Positions 9,189 through 17,940 of a stretch of 32,000 bases of DNA are shown here, in pieces. The notes beneath the pieces were generated by a model. That model did no database searches, was not told the DNA's origin, and saw nothing but the letters and a program-made list of their open reading frames with translations. This stretch comes from Nitrosopumilus maritimus SCM1 (GTDB lineage Archaea; Thermoproteota; Nitrososphaeria; Nitrososphaerales; Nitrosopumilaceae): assembly GCF_000018465.1 (NCBI RefSeq), contig NC_010085.1:1560001-1592000 (forward strand), given 5' to 3'. The stretch's first letter is position 1, and every line of letters starts with the position of its first letter. The position numbers and the translations under genes are program-made.

Positions 9189-9247
9189 TAATTATAATTT
9201 TGATAATTACTATATGAATTTAGAAAAACTGTACAAGTTGATTTAGA

Positions 9248-9589
9248 TCAAGGTTCAGATTCCATTGCAGATAATCGTTGAATTACTTGTTCAAGTTCTG
9301 CCTTGTTGTCATTAATTACACGTTTTACAACTTCAATTTCTTCATTGATTTGTTCTAATTGCTCATTATCAGAATTTTTTATTTGATTTTCCAAATCTGT
9401 TAAAACTTGTTGATTATACTGGTTGATTTTTTCTAATTCATTTTTGTATTTCTCTAATTTTACATATTGATTAGAAATTTCTGAAAGTTCAGGAATATCA
9501 TTGATTTCTTGATTTGTCAAAAAACCAGAAATAGTAACTATTCCACCTACTACTAATGCTGCAATGATGACAACAATACTCAATCTCAT
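9248..9589 (-). CDS. Membrane-anchored coiled-coil protein
   Basis: 113 aa: N-terminal hydrophobic anchor followed by a Glu/Lys/Gln-rich heptad-like region. Confidence 0.6.
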   Translation of the reverse strand: MRLSIVVIIAALVVGGIVTISGFLTNQEINDIPELSEISNQYVKLEKYKNELEKINQYNQQVLTDLENQIKNSDNEQLEQINEEIEVVKRVINDNKAELEQVIQRLSAMESEP

Positions 9590-9639
9590 TTCTAATCGAT
9601 TTTAATTCTCCAAAATAATATTAAAAATTAATTATTTAT

Positions 9640-10932
9640 CTAAGCAGTTTTTTTACGCCTACGCATTATGTACATTCCTGCTGCAATAGCAATTACAATA
9701 GGAATGATGATCATCGAAGAATCAGGACCAGATTCATTATCAGTTGTAGGTTCATTTACAAAAATTGTAGTATCTTCAATTACAAAGAGTTCATCCCTAA
9801 CACTGTCTTTGTATCTTACAGTAATTGTAATCTCATGTTCTCCATATTCAGGTTCACCATCAAATTCAATTGGAACATTAAATGGTACAGGTGCATCTAC
9901 TTCAATTTCATCAATAAACTGAGTATTTGATTTGATATTTGAATCACCACGAGGCTCAATACTTACAAATCCAAACAAACCATCTTCATTTCCCTCATTG
10001 ATAATTTCTCCTATTACCATCTGTGTTCCAGATAACTCAATTACATCAATGTTGAATATTGTAAGTTCTATCAACCCTTTAATGTAAAAGTCAACAATTT
10101 TTGAAATTATTTGTTGATCACCATGTGCATTATAGTATGATATACTCAAAGGAATTCTAAGAGTGTCATCTTTTAGTCCTTCTGGAACATATACTGTTGC
10201 AGTAAGATGTCTACTAGATCTTGGTTCAATATTTCCAACATCCCAATTAGATTCTAAGAGTACAATATTTTCTACGTTTGTAGTAGAGGATGTTGTCGAA
10301 GCCAGTTCTGTCTGAGTATTAGTTGCAACAATATCAACACTAGATATTGGTGCAGTTCCATCATTTGCAATTTCAATTACTACATTGTTTGTTCTAAGAG
10401 ATGTAAGGAATGGATCTAAAGCTCTTACATTTATCAAACTATCACCAGTTACCTTAAACTGAAAGTCTTCAAATGCAGTTCGGACACCAGACTCTCTTAA
10501 TCTAGAATAATCAACCTTTACTGTTCCAGGATATTGTTGAATAGTGACATTTTGATCTACATTAACAAAGAATGTTAGATGGAAATTCTCACCTGCTAGA
10601 GAATTTGCATCACTATCAGCTTTTATGATTGAACCAGGTCCATCAGCTGCTGAAAATCCAAAAGGTAATGATAATTGTCCTTTAATTCCTGTGATATCTT
10701 GAGTTCCAACATTTGCAAACACTACAGTGAATGGAACATTACTATCTCCAGCTTCAACTTCTATTTTTTCATCTATAGTACCAAAGTATGCATCTAAGAA
10801 TTTGACATCGCCAAAATCTCTTTCAAATGGAGAATCACCAAATCCACCAGATGTAATCTGTGCATATGAATTTCCCAAAAAGAGTGGTATGAGAAGGAAT
10901 GAAAGTAACAAAAAGAATAGTTTTTGATTCAT
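9640..10932 (-). CDS. Secreted, C-terminally membrane-anchored protein with repeated CARDB/NEW3-like beta domains, ABC-exporter associated
   Basis: Signal peptide MNQKLFFLLLSFLLIPLFLGNSYAQ, extracellular beta-rich segments, C-terminal TM SSMIIIPIVIAIAAGMYIMRRRKKTA. ATG overlaps the ATPase stop codon. Confidence 0.7.
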   Translation of the reverse strand: MNQKLFFLLLSFLLIPLFLGNSYAQITSGGFGDSPFERDFGDVKFLDAYFGTIDEKIEVEAGDSNVPFTVVFANVGTQDITGIKGQLSLPFGFSAADGPGSIIKADSDANSLAGENFHLTFFVNVDQNVTIQQYPGTVKVDYSRLRESGVRTAFEDFQFKVTGDSLINVRALDPFLTSLRTNNVVIEIANDGTAPISSVDIVATNTQTELASTTSSTTNVENIVLLESNWDVGNIEPRSSRHLTATVYVPEGLKDDTLRIPLSISYYNAHGDQQIISKIVDFYIKGLIELTIFNIDVIELSGTQMVIGEIINEGNEDGLFGFVSIEPRGDSNIKSNTQFIDEIEVDAPVPFNVPIEFDGEPEYGEHEITITVRYKDSVRDELFVIEDTTIFVNEPTTDNESGPDSSMIIIPIVIAIAAGMYIMRRRKKTA

Positions 10933-11636
10933 TTTACTAAAACCTCCATTTCAGACGGCATATCTCCTTCAAAGGCTTTACCATCTTTTATTGTGATTAC
11001 TTTGTCTACATCACCAAAGTGTTGACGATCATGTGTGACAATAACAAATGTCTGATTAAGTTTTTTTGCCATGTCTTTCATCAATTGAACTATAGTTTCA
11101 GATGTAACAGAGTCTAGATTTCCTGTAGGCTCATCTGCTAAAACAATTGATGGTTTATTGATTAATCCTCTTGCAATAGCTGCTCTTTGAGCTTGTCCAC
11201 CTGAAATTTTATTTGCACGTTTATTCATTTGATCTTCTAATCCAACTGCTTTTAGCAAATCTCTTGCATCTTTTTCAGCAGTTTCATTTGTTCCTGCAAT
11301 TTGTCGTGGCAACAAGACATTTTCTAGGACTGTCAAGTCAGTAAGCAGATTTGAAAATTGGAAGATGAATCCCAGTTTTTTATTTCTAAATGAAGAGATC
11401 TTATCATCATCAAGAGTTGTTGTATCAGTTCCATCAATGTAGATCTTACCACTTGTCGGGCGGTCAAGTAAACCAATCATGTTAAGTAGCGTAGATTTTC
11501 CTGAACCAGAACTTCCAACAATTAGAACAATTTCACCTTGTTCAACTGACAAAGTTGCATTATCAAGAGCTTTGACTTTGTTTTCACCTTCACCATAGAC
11601 TTTGGTAAGATTGTGGATATCTAGTACCTTAGACAG
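10929..11636 (-). CDS. ABC transporter ATP-binding protein, MacB/LolD-like
   Basis: Walker A GSSGSGKST, signature ISGGQAQRAAIARGL, Walker B IVLADEP. The track starts at a TTG (11552), but conserved N-terminal sequence LSKVLDIHNLTKVYGEGENKVKALDNAT is encoded upstream in the same frame; first plausible codon is CTG at 11636. Confidence 0.8.
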   Translation of the reverse strand: MSKVLDIHNLTKVYGEGENKVKALDNATLSVEQGEIVLIVGSSGSGKSTLLNMIGLLDRPTSGKIYIDGTDTTTLDDDKISSFRNKKLGFIFQFSNLLTDLTVLENVLLPRQIAGTNETAEKDARDLLKAVGLEDQMNKRANKISGGQAQRAAIARGLINKPSIVLADEPTGNLDSVTSETIVQLMKDMAKKLNQTFVIVTHDRQHFGDVDKVITIKDGKAFEGDMPSEMEVLVK

Positions 11637-12816
11637 TTCTCATCGCCTCCACTGGTAATAGCTTTGTAGCCCTATACGACGGATAGAGTGACGCAATAAT
11701 TGCCAAAATAAATGAAGTTAAAGCAGTTTGGATGATCTTCTCCCAGTTATAGGTAACTTCAAGAGGCAAACTATTGTTAAATGACATTTTAGTTTCCTTT
11801 GCATAGAATGTGTATCCCAAGCCTGCAGCCGTACCTACACCAGCACCAATAGCTCCAATAATCATTCCTTGGAAAATAAAGATAATCAAAATATCCTTTC
11901 TTTTTGCTCCAATAGATCTCATTACACCGATTTCACGGGTTTTTCCATTTACCAACATCATTTGAATTGTTACAATAGCAAAAGCTGAAGACATCATTCC
12001 AAAATAACCAATCATGTTAATCATTGCAATACCAGATCTAAATCCAGCTAGTTGTTCTTCAGCTGACTCTTCTATTGTTTCAGCTTTAAAATCATCATTT
12101 GGAAATGAACGTAAGAAAAATTCTTTTACTTCAAATGCTTTTGTGGGATCATTTAGTTTTACCATAAATGATCCTGTATCACCTTGTCTATTCATCATGT
12201 CACGTAATGTATCAATATGAATAACTGCAGTATAGTCAAATCCTTGACCTCCAGGAGATTTTGCAATTCCTGAAACAGTAAATCTTCTTATTTCATCTTG
12301 TCCATATCTGTCTACTACTAGAACTTTGACACTGTCACCAACTTCAGCTCCTCCAAGATCTCTTGCAACATTAGAACCTAATACAATAGAGTTTCTTGAA
12401 AAAACATAACTTCCTTCTGAAACAGTTTCATGAACAGTTGATGCTCTAATATCTCTAAATGGATCAATTCCAACTATAGGAACTCTTGTTTCTTCAACTA
12501 GTTTTCCATTTTTTGTCATATTCATTTCGGCAGTTGATGAAAGCCGCGGTGTTGCCGCCTCTACATATGGAATTCTTTCAAACCAATTTACAACAGATAA
12601 ATCTGATTTATCTATATAGTCTGCCTCATCAGTTACAAGAATGTCACCATTTCTGTAATCACTGATATCTCTGACAATTGCATCAAACAATCCTTGGAAA
12701 ATTACAAAATTTACATGAATTACTAAAATTCCGATAGTAACAGCTAGAACTGCACCAATCAAGCTTCCTTTTTTGTTGAATAGCATTCTTTTGGCTAATC
12801 GTAATCGGTATTCCAC
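11629..12816 (-). CDS. ABC transporter permease, FtsX/MacB family
   Basis: N-terminal TM, large extracellular domain and three C-terminal TMs; VNGKTREIGVMRSIGAKRKDI and LYPSYRATKLLPVEAMR motifs. GTG start. Confidence 0.9.
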   Translation of the reverse strand: MEYRLRLAKRMLFNKKGSLIGAVLAVTIGILVIHVNFVIFQGLFDAIVRDISDYRNGDILVTDEADYIDKSDLSVVNWFERIPYVEAATPRLSSTAEMNMTKNGKLVEETRVPIVGIDPFRDIRASTVHETVSEGSYVFSRNSIVLGSNVARDLGGAEVGDSVKVLVVDRYGQDEIRRFTVSGIAKSPGGQGFDYTAVIHIDTLRDMMNRQGDTGSFMVKLNDPTKAFEVKEFFLRSFPNDDFKAETIEESAEEQLAGFRSGIAMINMIGYFGMMSSAFAIVTIQMMLVNGKTREIGVMRSIGAKRKDILIIFIFQGMIIGAIGAGVGTAAGLGYTFYAKETKMSFNNSLPLEVTYNWEKIIQTALTSFILAIIASLYPSYRATKLLPVEAMRTV

Positions 12817-12836
12817 GAGTTCACTAAAATAGTCTG

Positions 12837-12844
12837 ATATTTAA
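12837..12844 (-). promoter_or_regulatory. Putative TATA box for the ABC-transporter operon
   Basis: Minus-strand TTAAATAT about 25 nt upstream of the GTG start at 12816, consistent with a leaderless archaeal transcript. Confidence 0.45.
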
Positions 12845-12847
12845 TGT

Positions 12848-12860
12848 CTATGGTCCATAG
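12848..12860. promoter_or_regulatory. Perfect palindrome CTATGG-T-CCATAG, candidate operator
   Basis: 6-bp inverted arms around 1 nt, in the divergent intergenic region between the permease gene and the HTH regulator. Confidence 0.45.
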
Positions 12861-12932
12861 TGCTAACATTATAGACAGTTTTATATGATATTAGTTTTTT
12901 ATGAGTTGTAGAATAGTATTGGAGATGACAAA

Positions 12933-13835
12933 ATGGACAATTTAGACATGAAAATTTTGAGCAGATTGCTCAATAATTGCAGAGAATCAGATAGACAGAT
13001 TGGAAAAGAACTGGGAATTTCAGGAGGAGCAGTTAGAGTCAGAATAAAAAAAATGCAAGAAAGTGGAGTTATAGAGAAATTTTTCCTCAAAATTGAGCCA
13101 CCAATTTTGGGTCATGGTGTATTGTACTTTGTAGTATCAGGAGAAAATATTCAAGAAATTTTGGAACAAGTCAGTCTAGTAGGTGAGCCATACATTGTAG
13201 TTCCGTGTGTTGGTGGAGTAACAGTATGCGGTATTGCAATTCAAGAAAATTTAGAACAAAAAATTGAACTTGCAAAAAAGTTAATGAAAGATCTTAGAGT
13301 ATTATCAATTTTCGAAGCTGAAAATTCAGTATTCAAATCTAATTTAACAAAAACAGATTTACAAATTCTAGAGGAATTAATCAAAGAACCAAGACAAAAA
13401 ATTGAAAAAATTGCAAAGAATACAGATCTATCGACTAAGACTGTAACAAGATGTATAGAAAAATTACATGGAAATGATGGTTTTCAATTCACTTTAATTT
13501 ATGATCCAACAAAAATTGAAGATTTTATTCCTCATGCAGTACTTTCATGGATTGATGGAGACTTGAAAGAAACATTAGAAAATTTGAATGATACATTTTC
13601 AGAATCTTATTTACAAATTCCTTTTATTGCAAAAAATCAAATTGTATTATTTTTGTATAGTGACAGCATATTCAAAATGGATGAATTAACACAAAAGGTT
13701 AGAACAAGTAAAAATATAAAATCAGCAGATTTGTTTATTCCTAAAAAAATTTCATTTTATACAAATTGGATGAAAAAATCAATTGTAGAATCAAAAAAAT
13801 CTCCAAAATTGCATCTTTCATATCAAACAAATTAA
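12933..13835 (+). CDS. Lrp/AsnC-like transcriptional regulator with two predicted winged-HTH segments
   Basis: N-terminal DMKILSRLLNNCRESDRQIGKELGISGGAVRVRIKKMQESGVI and mid-protein TDLQILEELIKEPRQKIEKIAKNTDLSTKTVTRCIEKL. Confidence 0.8.
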   Translation: MDNLDMKILSRLLNNCRESDRQIGKELGISGGAVRVRIKKMQESGVIEKFFLKIEPPILGHGVLYFVVSGENIQEILEQVSLVGEPYIVVPCVGGVTVCGIAIQENLEQKIELAKKLMKDLRVLSIFEAENSVFKSNLTKTDLQILEELIKEPRQKIEKIAKNTDLSTKTVTRCIEKLHGNDGFQFTLIYDPTKIEDFIPHAVLSWIDGDLKETLENLNDTFSESYLQIPFIAKNQIVLFLYSDSIFKMDELTQKVRTSKNIKSADLFIPKKISFYTNWMKKSIVESKKSPKLHLSYQTN

Positions 13836-13860
13836 ATAATAATAATTTCTTCAAAATTGT

Positions 13861-14376
13861 ATGAAGAAGAAAAAGATCTATGAAGGAAAAATCTTAGGTC
13901 TTAGTGTTTATGATGGAAAAATTGAAGGAAGAAAAGTAAAACGAGAAGTAATAGAGCATCGAGGGGCTGCTGCAATGCTTGCTTTTGATGAAGACAAAAA
14001 AGTCATTTTAGTAAAGCAACATAGATTTCCGCATGGTTATGTTCTAGAAATTCCTGCAGGCACATTAGAAAAGAAAGAAGAGCCCATCAAATGTGCATTT
14101 AGAGAATTAGAAGAAGAGACAGGGTATAGAGCAAAGAAAATGACGCCTCTAATCACATACTATCCATCAATTGGGTACAATTCTGAGATAATTCACTGTT
14201 TTGTAGCCTCAGGATTGAAGAAGATTGCAGATTTGAAACTTGATGAGGATGAAATTTTATCAGTAGAAAAAGTAGATATGAAAAAACTACTCAACATGAT
14301 AAAGTCTGGAAAAATTCAAGATTCAAAAACAATATGTGCAGTTTTAACATATGCTGCAAAAAAGAAATTATACTAA
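13861..14376 (+). CDS. NUDIX hydrolase, ADP-ribose pyrophosphatase-like
   Basis: Nudix box: [23 protein letters not shown]; 171 aa. Confidence 0.88.
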   Translation: MKKKKIYEGKILGLSVYDGKIEGRKVKREVIEHRGAAAMLAFDEDKKVILVKQHRFPHGYVLEIPAGTLEKKEEPIKCAFRELEEETGYRAKKMTPLITYYPSIGYNSEIIHCFVASGLKKIADLKLDEDEILSVEKVDMKKLLNMIKSGKIQDSKTICAVLTYAAKKKLY

Positions 14377-15357
14377 CTATTTGTTATAGATTGGTTGAAC
14401 AAGATCTGCAACATCAGCCCAAGATTGAGCAATTCTCTCAAACATAAACACCATATCAAGAAAATCAATTGGAATTTCTTTTTTAGTGCCTAATGAGGTT
14501 CTAAGTTTAGAAAGCTGGTCTTCAAATTTTTTGTGTAGAGATATTGCTTCAATTGCTAATAGCCTATCAGGTTTTGTAAAAGCATCAATTGATTTTTCTG
14601 CTAATTGATTAAAGTTTTTTACAACATCATGGATTTTTTTGTATTGGTCTTTTGACAAAGAAGAGTTGTAGATAAAATCAGATAACTCTACAATAGAATC
14701 ACCAGTATTTTCAAGAAGATTGGCTGCAACTCTATAATCAAGAACATCAATATTTTCTAAATTAAATGCATTTGCTAGTCTCTTATCAACAAGAGTGCTA
14801 CGAATTAATCTTACAAGTAAGAAATATTGTCTATTTACTTCTTCATCACGTTTTGATAATGTTTGCAAATTTGATTTATCATCTGCAATTAATCCATTTG
14901 TTGCATCATCATACATTCCAATTGCAATAGAACTCATACGTTTGAGTATTTTTTGAGGATTAAGTGTGGTGGAATCTAATAGAAACTGCATGTTGATGTG
15001 TGATGCATCTTCTTCAATTATTTCCATTCCAACAAGTCTTCTCATAGAATTACGAATTTTTTCTCTATCTTCACCAGGAATTATAGAATCAGAAGTAATC
15101 TCAATAATGTCATATCCTAAAAGATATCCACCTGTAATGTCAGCTACAATGTTTTCTTCTTTTGGCAATGGATATGAGATTACAAGTTCTTTTGTTGGAC
15201 GAGTTTCTTTGTTTGCAGAAATTGAGATATTATCCTGACCAGTTTCAAGCTCAACCTGACTACTTTTGTCTAGTTTGTTTGCATCAACCCATTCCTTTGG
15301 GAGTGATACTAAGATGCTACTTCCAATTCTTTGTAGGCGTCTAACAAATTTAGTCAA
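14377..15357 (-). CDS. Phosphate-uptake-regulator-like protein, SpoVT/AbrB N-terminus plus PhoU-like domain
   Basis: N-terminal RRLQRIGSSILVSLPKEWVDANKLDKSSQVELE (AbrB-like) followed by PhoU-like helices. Confidence 0.8.
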   Translation of the reverse strand: MTKFVRRLQRIGSSILVSLPKEWVDANKLDKSSQVELETGQDNISISANKETRPTKELVISYPLPKEENIVADITGGYLLGYDIIEITSDSIIPGEDREKIRNSMRRLVGMEIIEEDASHINMQFLLDSTTLNPQKILKRMSSIAIGMYDDATNGLIADDKSNLQTLSKRDEEVNRQYFLLVRLIRSTLVDKRLANAFNLENIDVLDYRVAANLLENTGDSIVELSDFIYNSSLSKDQYKKIHDVVKNFNQLAEKSIDAFTKPDRLLAIEAISLHKKFEDQLSKLRTSLGTKKEIPIDFLDMVFMFERIAQSWADVADLVQPIYNK

Positions 15358-15421
15358 TTTATACTAATTTAATTAATTTAAGCCATATTCTTATATTTTG
15401 TGTAAAATTTAAACCCAGATC

Positions 15422-16333
15422 ATGAAGGGAGTAGCATTTTGTCCTGCACACATTACAGGTTTCTTCAAGGCTCACTTGGAAAATAATCAGGAAAAATTAG
15501 AAAATCTAGGTTCAATGGGGGCAGGATTTTCAATAAGACAAGGTGTTACAACCAAAGTAACAATTGATAAAAAAAATAATCACGATTCAAATTTCAAAAT
15601 CATAACAAAAGGATATCAATCAGATAAAACAGATGTTTCAGAATTTGTATTAAATGAATTTCTAAAGATTGGAAACTTTGAAGATAAATTCTTTAACATT
15701 GAACATGAAATTTCAATTCCGGTTGGATATGGTTTAGGTTCTAGTAGTGCTGTTGCATTATCATTATCATTTGCGTTAGATCAAGCTCTTAATACAAAAT
15801 TAGACAAAAACACAATTGGACAAATTGCACATAATGCAGAAGTTAATTGTAAAACAGGATTAGGAGATGTTTTAGCATCATTTCATGGAGGATTTGAAGT
15901 TCGTGTAAAACCGGGAGCTCCAGGAATTGGAACAGTTGAAAAAATTTCTACAGATAAAATTTCAGTTATAATGATTTGTTTTTCTCCAATTTCAACTAAC
16001 AAATTCATCAAAGAAAGACTTTCTCAGATTAACGGACTGGGTGGAAAAATGGTTAACAGATTATTAGAATCAAAAGATTATCAACACTTTCAAGATATGT
16101 CACTAGAATTTGCAAAATATGTAGATGTAATGACACCTAGAATGCAGAAAATAGTAAATGAATTAACTCAAAATGATATCAAATGTGGAATTGCACTTTT
16201 TGGAGAAACAATTTTTTCAATGATTCCAAAAGAAGATGAAAGTAAAGTTTTAAAAATTTTAGAAAAATATTCTGATGGAGTAATAATTAATTCAGAATTA
16301 GACAATATTGGAGCAAGAGTTCTAAATAATTAA
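15422..16333 (+). CDS. Pantoate kinase, archaeal GHMP-superfamily
   Basis: CPAHITGFFKAH, GSMGAGFSIRQGV, PVGYGLGSSSAVALSLSFAL; followed by phosphopantothenate synthetase. Confidence 0.85.
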   Translation: MKGVAFCPAHITGFFKAHLENNQEKLENLGSMGAGFSIRQGVTTKVTIDKKNNHDSNFKIITKGYQSDKTDVSEFVLNEFLKIGNFEDKFFNIEHEISIPVGYGLGSSSAVALSLSFALDQALNTKLDKNTIGQIAHNAEVNCKTGLGDVLASFHGGFEVRVKPGAPGIGTVEKISTDKISVIMICFSPISTNKFIKERLSQINGLGGKMVNRLLESKDYQHFQDMSLEFAKYVDVMTPRMQKIVNELTQNDIKCGIALFGETIFSMIPKEDESKVLKILEKYSDGVIINSELDNIGARVLNN

Positions 16334-16343
16334 TTGAAGTCTG

Positions 16344-17108
16344 ATGACATTAATTCCAAAGTCACATCCAAGGGCAAAGTCACTTTTAATTCGTGAAAAG
16401 TTAGTTAGTGGTTTTGACAATGGGTTAGTGGCAAAAGAGGGACTTTTGGCTCAAGGACGAGGAGAAGCATTTGACTATTTACTTGGAGAAAAAACAAACC
16501 AGGCTGCAAAACGTGCCATAAAGGCAGCAGCTGCACAGTTACTCCAGGCTCAAAAACCAGTTATCTCAGTTAATGGAAATGTTGCAGCCTTGTGTCCAAA
16601 GGAGATTATTAGATTATCAAAGCAGATCAAGGCAAAACTAGAGGTAAATCTATTCTATACAAATGAAAAGAGAAAACAAGCAATCATCAAAACTCTCAAA
16701 AAAAATGGAGTAAAAGAGATTCTAGGTACAAATTCAGCAAATTCAACAAAATTACCAGGAATTGATTCAGCACGAAGAATTGTAGATAAAGACGGAATTT
16801 TTGCAGCTGATGTTGTCGTTGTTCCTCTAGAAGATGGTGATAGAACTATGGCATTAAGAAATGCAGGAAAAACAGTCATAACATTTGATCTAAATCCACT
16901 TTCACGAACTTCACAAACTGCCAATATTACAATTGTAGATAATGTGACACGAGCAATAGAATTACTAATTTCTGAATCCAAAAAGCTAACAAAAAGAAAT
17001 GAAAAGAGTCTTGAAAAAATAATTTCAGATTTTGATAACAAGAAAAATCTAACTGAAAATGTAATTCAAATTAAAAATAATCTAACAAGGAGGGCAAGAG
17101 TTGCATAA
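16344..17108 (+). CDS. 4-phosphopantoate--beta-alanine ligase (archaeal phosphopantothenate synthetase)
   Basis: IPKSHPRAKSLLIREKLV, PVISVNGNVAALCPKEI, LGTNSANSTKLPGIDSARRIVDKDGIFAADVVVVPLEDGDRTMALRNAGKTVITFDLNPLSRTSQTANITIVDN. Confidence 0.88.
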   Translation: MTLIPKSHPRAKSLLIREKLVSGFDNGLVAKEGLLAQGRGEAFDYLLGEKTNQAAKRAIKAAAAQLLQAQKPVISVNGNVAALCPKEIIRLSKQIKAKLEVNLFYTNEKRKQAIIKTLKKNGVKEILGTNSANSTKLPGIDSARRIVDKDGIFAADVVVVPLEDGDRTMALRNAGKTVITFDLNPLSRTSQTANITIVDNVTRAIELLISESKKLTKRNEKSLEKIISDFDNKKNLTENVIQIKNNLTRRARVA

Positions 17109-17940
17109 ATCAGTACAAGATATTGTAAATATGAAAAAAGGAAAAAAGAAAGTTTCAGTAATTACAGGTTATGATTACACATTAGCATCACTGTGTGACA
17201 AGGCAGGCATTGATGTCTTGTTAGTTGGAGATAGTGCAGGAATGGTAATGCTTGGGTATGAGAATACAATTCCTGTAACAATGGATCAAATGTGTATGTT
17301 CACTGAGGCAGTTAGCAGAGCACGAAACAATGCATTACTAGTTGCAGATTTACCATTCATGTCATATCAAGCAAGTATAGAAGATGCGATAAACAACTCA
17401 GGTAAGTTAATCAAAGCAGGAGCTGATGCTGTAAAGTTAGAAGGTGGTTCAATTATGGCTGAAACAATTAGTGCAATTGTTGATGTTGGAATCCCTGTGA
17501 TGGGACATATTGGATTACAACCACAAACAACAATGCTTTCACAAGGTTACAAAGTACAAGGAAGAACAAAAGATTCTGCAATGCAGTTAATTCAAGATGC
17601 AAAGGAGCTTGAAGAAGCAGGAGTGTTCAGTATTGCATTAGAGATGGTAAGTCATGAAGTTGCACAAATAATTTCTGAAACTGTAAGTGCTCCTACAATT
17701 GGAATTGGTTCAGGAGTAAATTGTGATGGACAAGTACTAGTGGTTCAAGATTTGCTTGGAATGTACGATAAGATAAAACCAAAATTTGCAAAAAGATACA
17801 TGAATCTATCTGAAGACATTGTAAAATCCCTTGAAGACTACAAAAATGACGTAGAATCAAACACATTTCCTGCAGAAGAAAATTGGTTTTCAATGGATCC
17901 TGAAGAACTAAAAAAATTACGTGAGCAGATTGGCAGCTAA
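17101..17940 (+). CDS. panB: 3-methyl-2-oxobutanoate hydroxymethyltransferase
   Basis: VSVITGYDYTLASLCDKAGIDVLLVGDSAGMVMLGYENTIPVTMDQM, VKLEGGS, MGHIGLQPQTTMLSQGYKVQG. Confidence 0.93.
   Translation: MHKSVQDIVNMKKGKKKVSVITGYDYTLASLCDKAGIDVLLVGDSAGMVMLGYENTIPVTMDQMCMFTEAVSRARNNALLVADLPFMSYQASIEDAINNSGKLIKAGADAVKLEGGSIMAETISAIVDVGIPVMGHIGLQPQTTMLSQGYKVQGRTKDSAMQLIQDAKELEEAGVFSIALEMVSHEVAQIISETVSAPTIGIGSGVNCDGQVLVVQDLLGMYDKIKPKFAKRYMNLSEDIVKSLEDYKNDVESNTFPAEENWFSMDPEELKKLREQIGS

Noticed and set aside
10929-12816. Bacteriocin or defence-type transporter island
   Set aside because: No toxin, immunity or modification genes nearby; the cluster sits among housekeeping genes with matching composition, so a resident envelope function is more likely.
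12899-13090. Minus-strand 63-aa ORF overlapping the start of the AsnC-like regulator
   Set aside because: Antisense to a conserved HTH domain, low-complexity Ser/Leu/Ile sequence.
14966-15344. Plus-strand ORFs of 90 and 60 aa opposite the AbrB/PhoU gene
   Set aside because: Mirror frames of a conserved protein; no domain signal.
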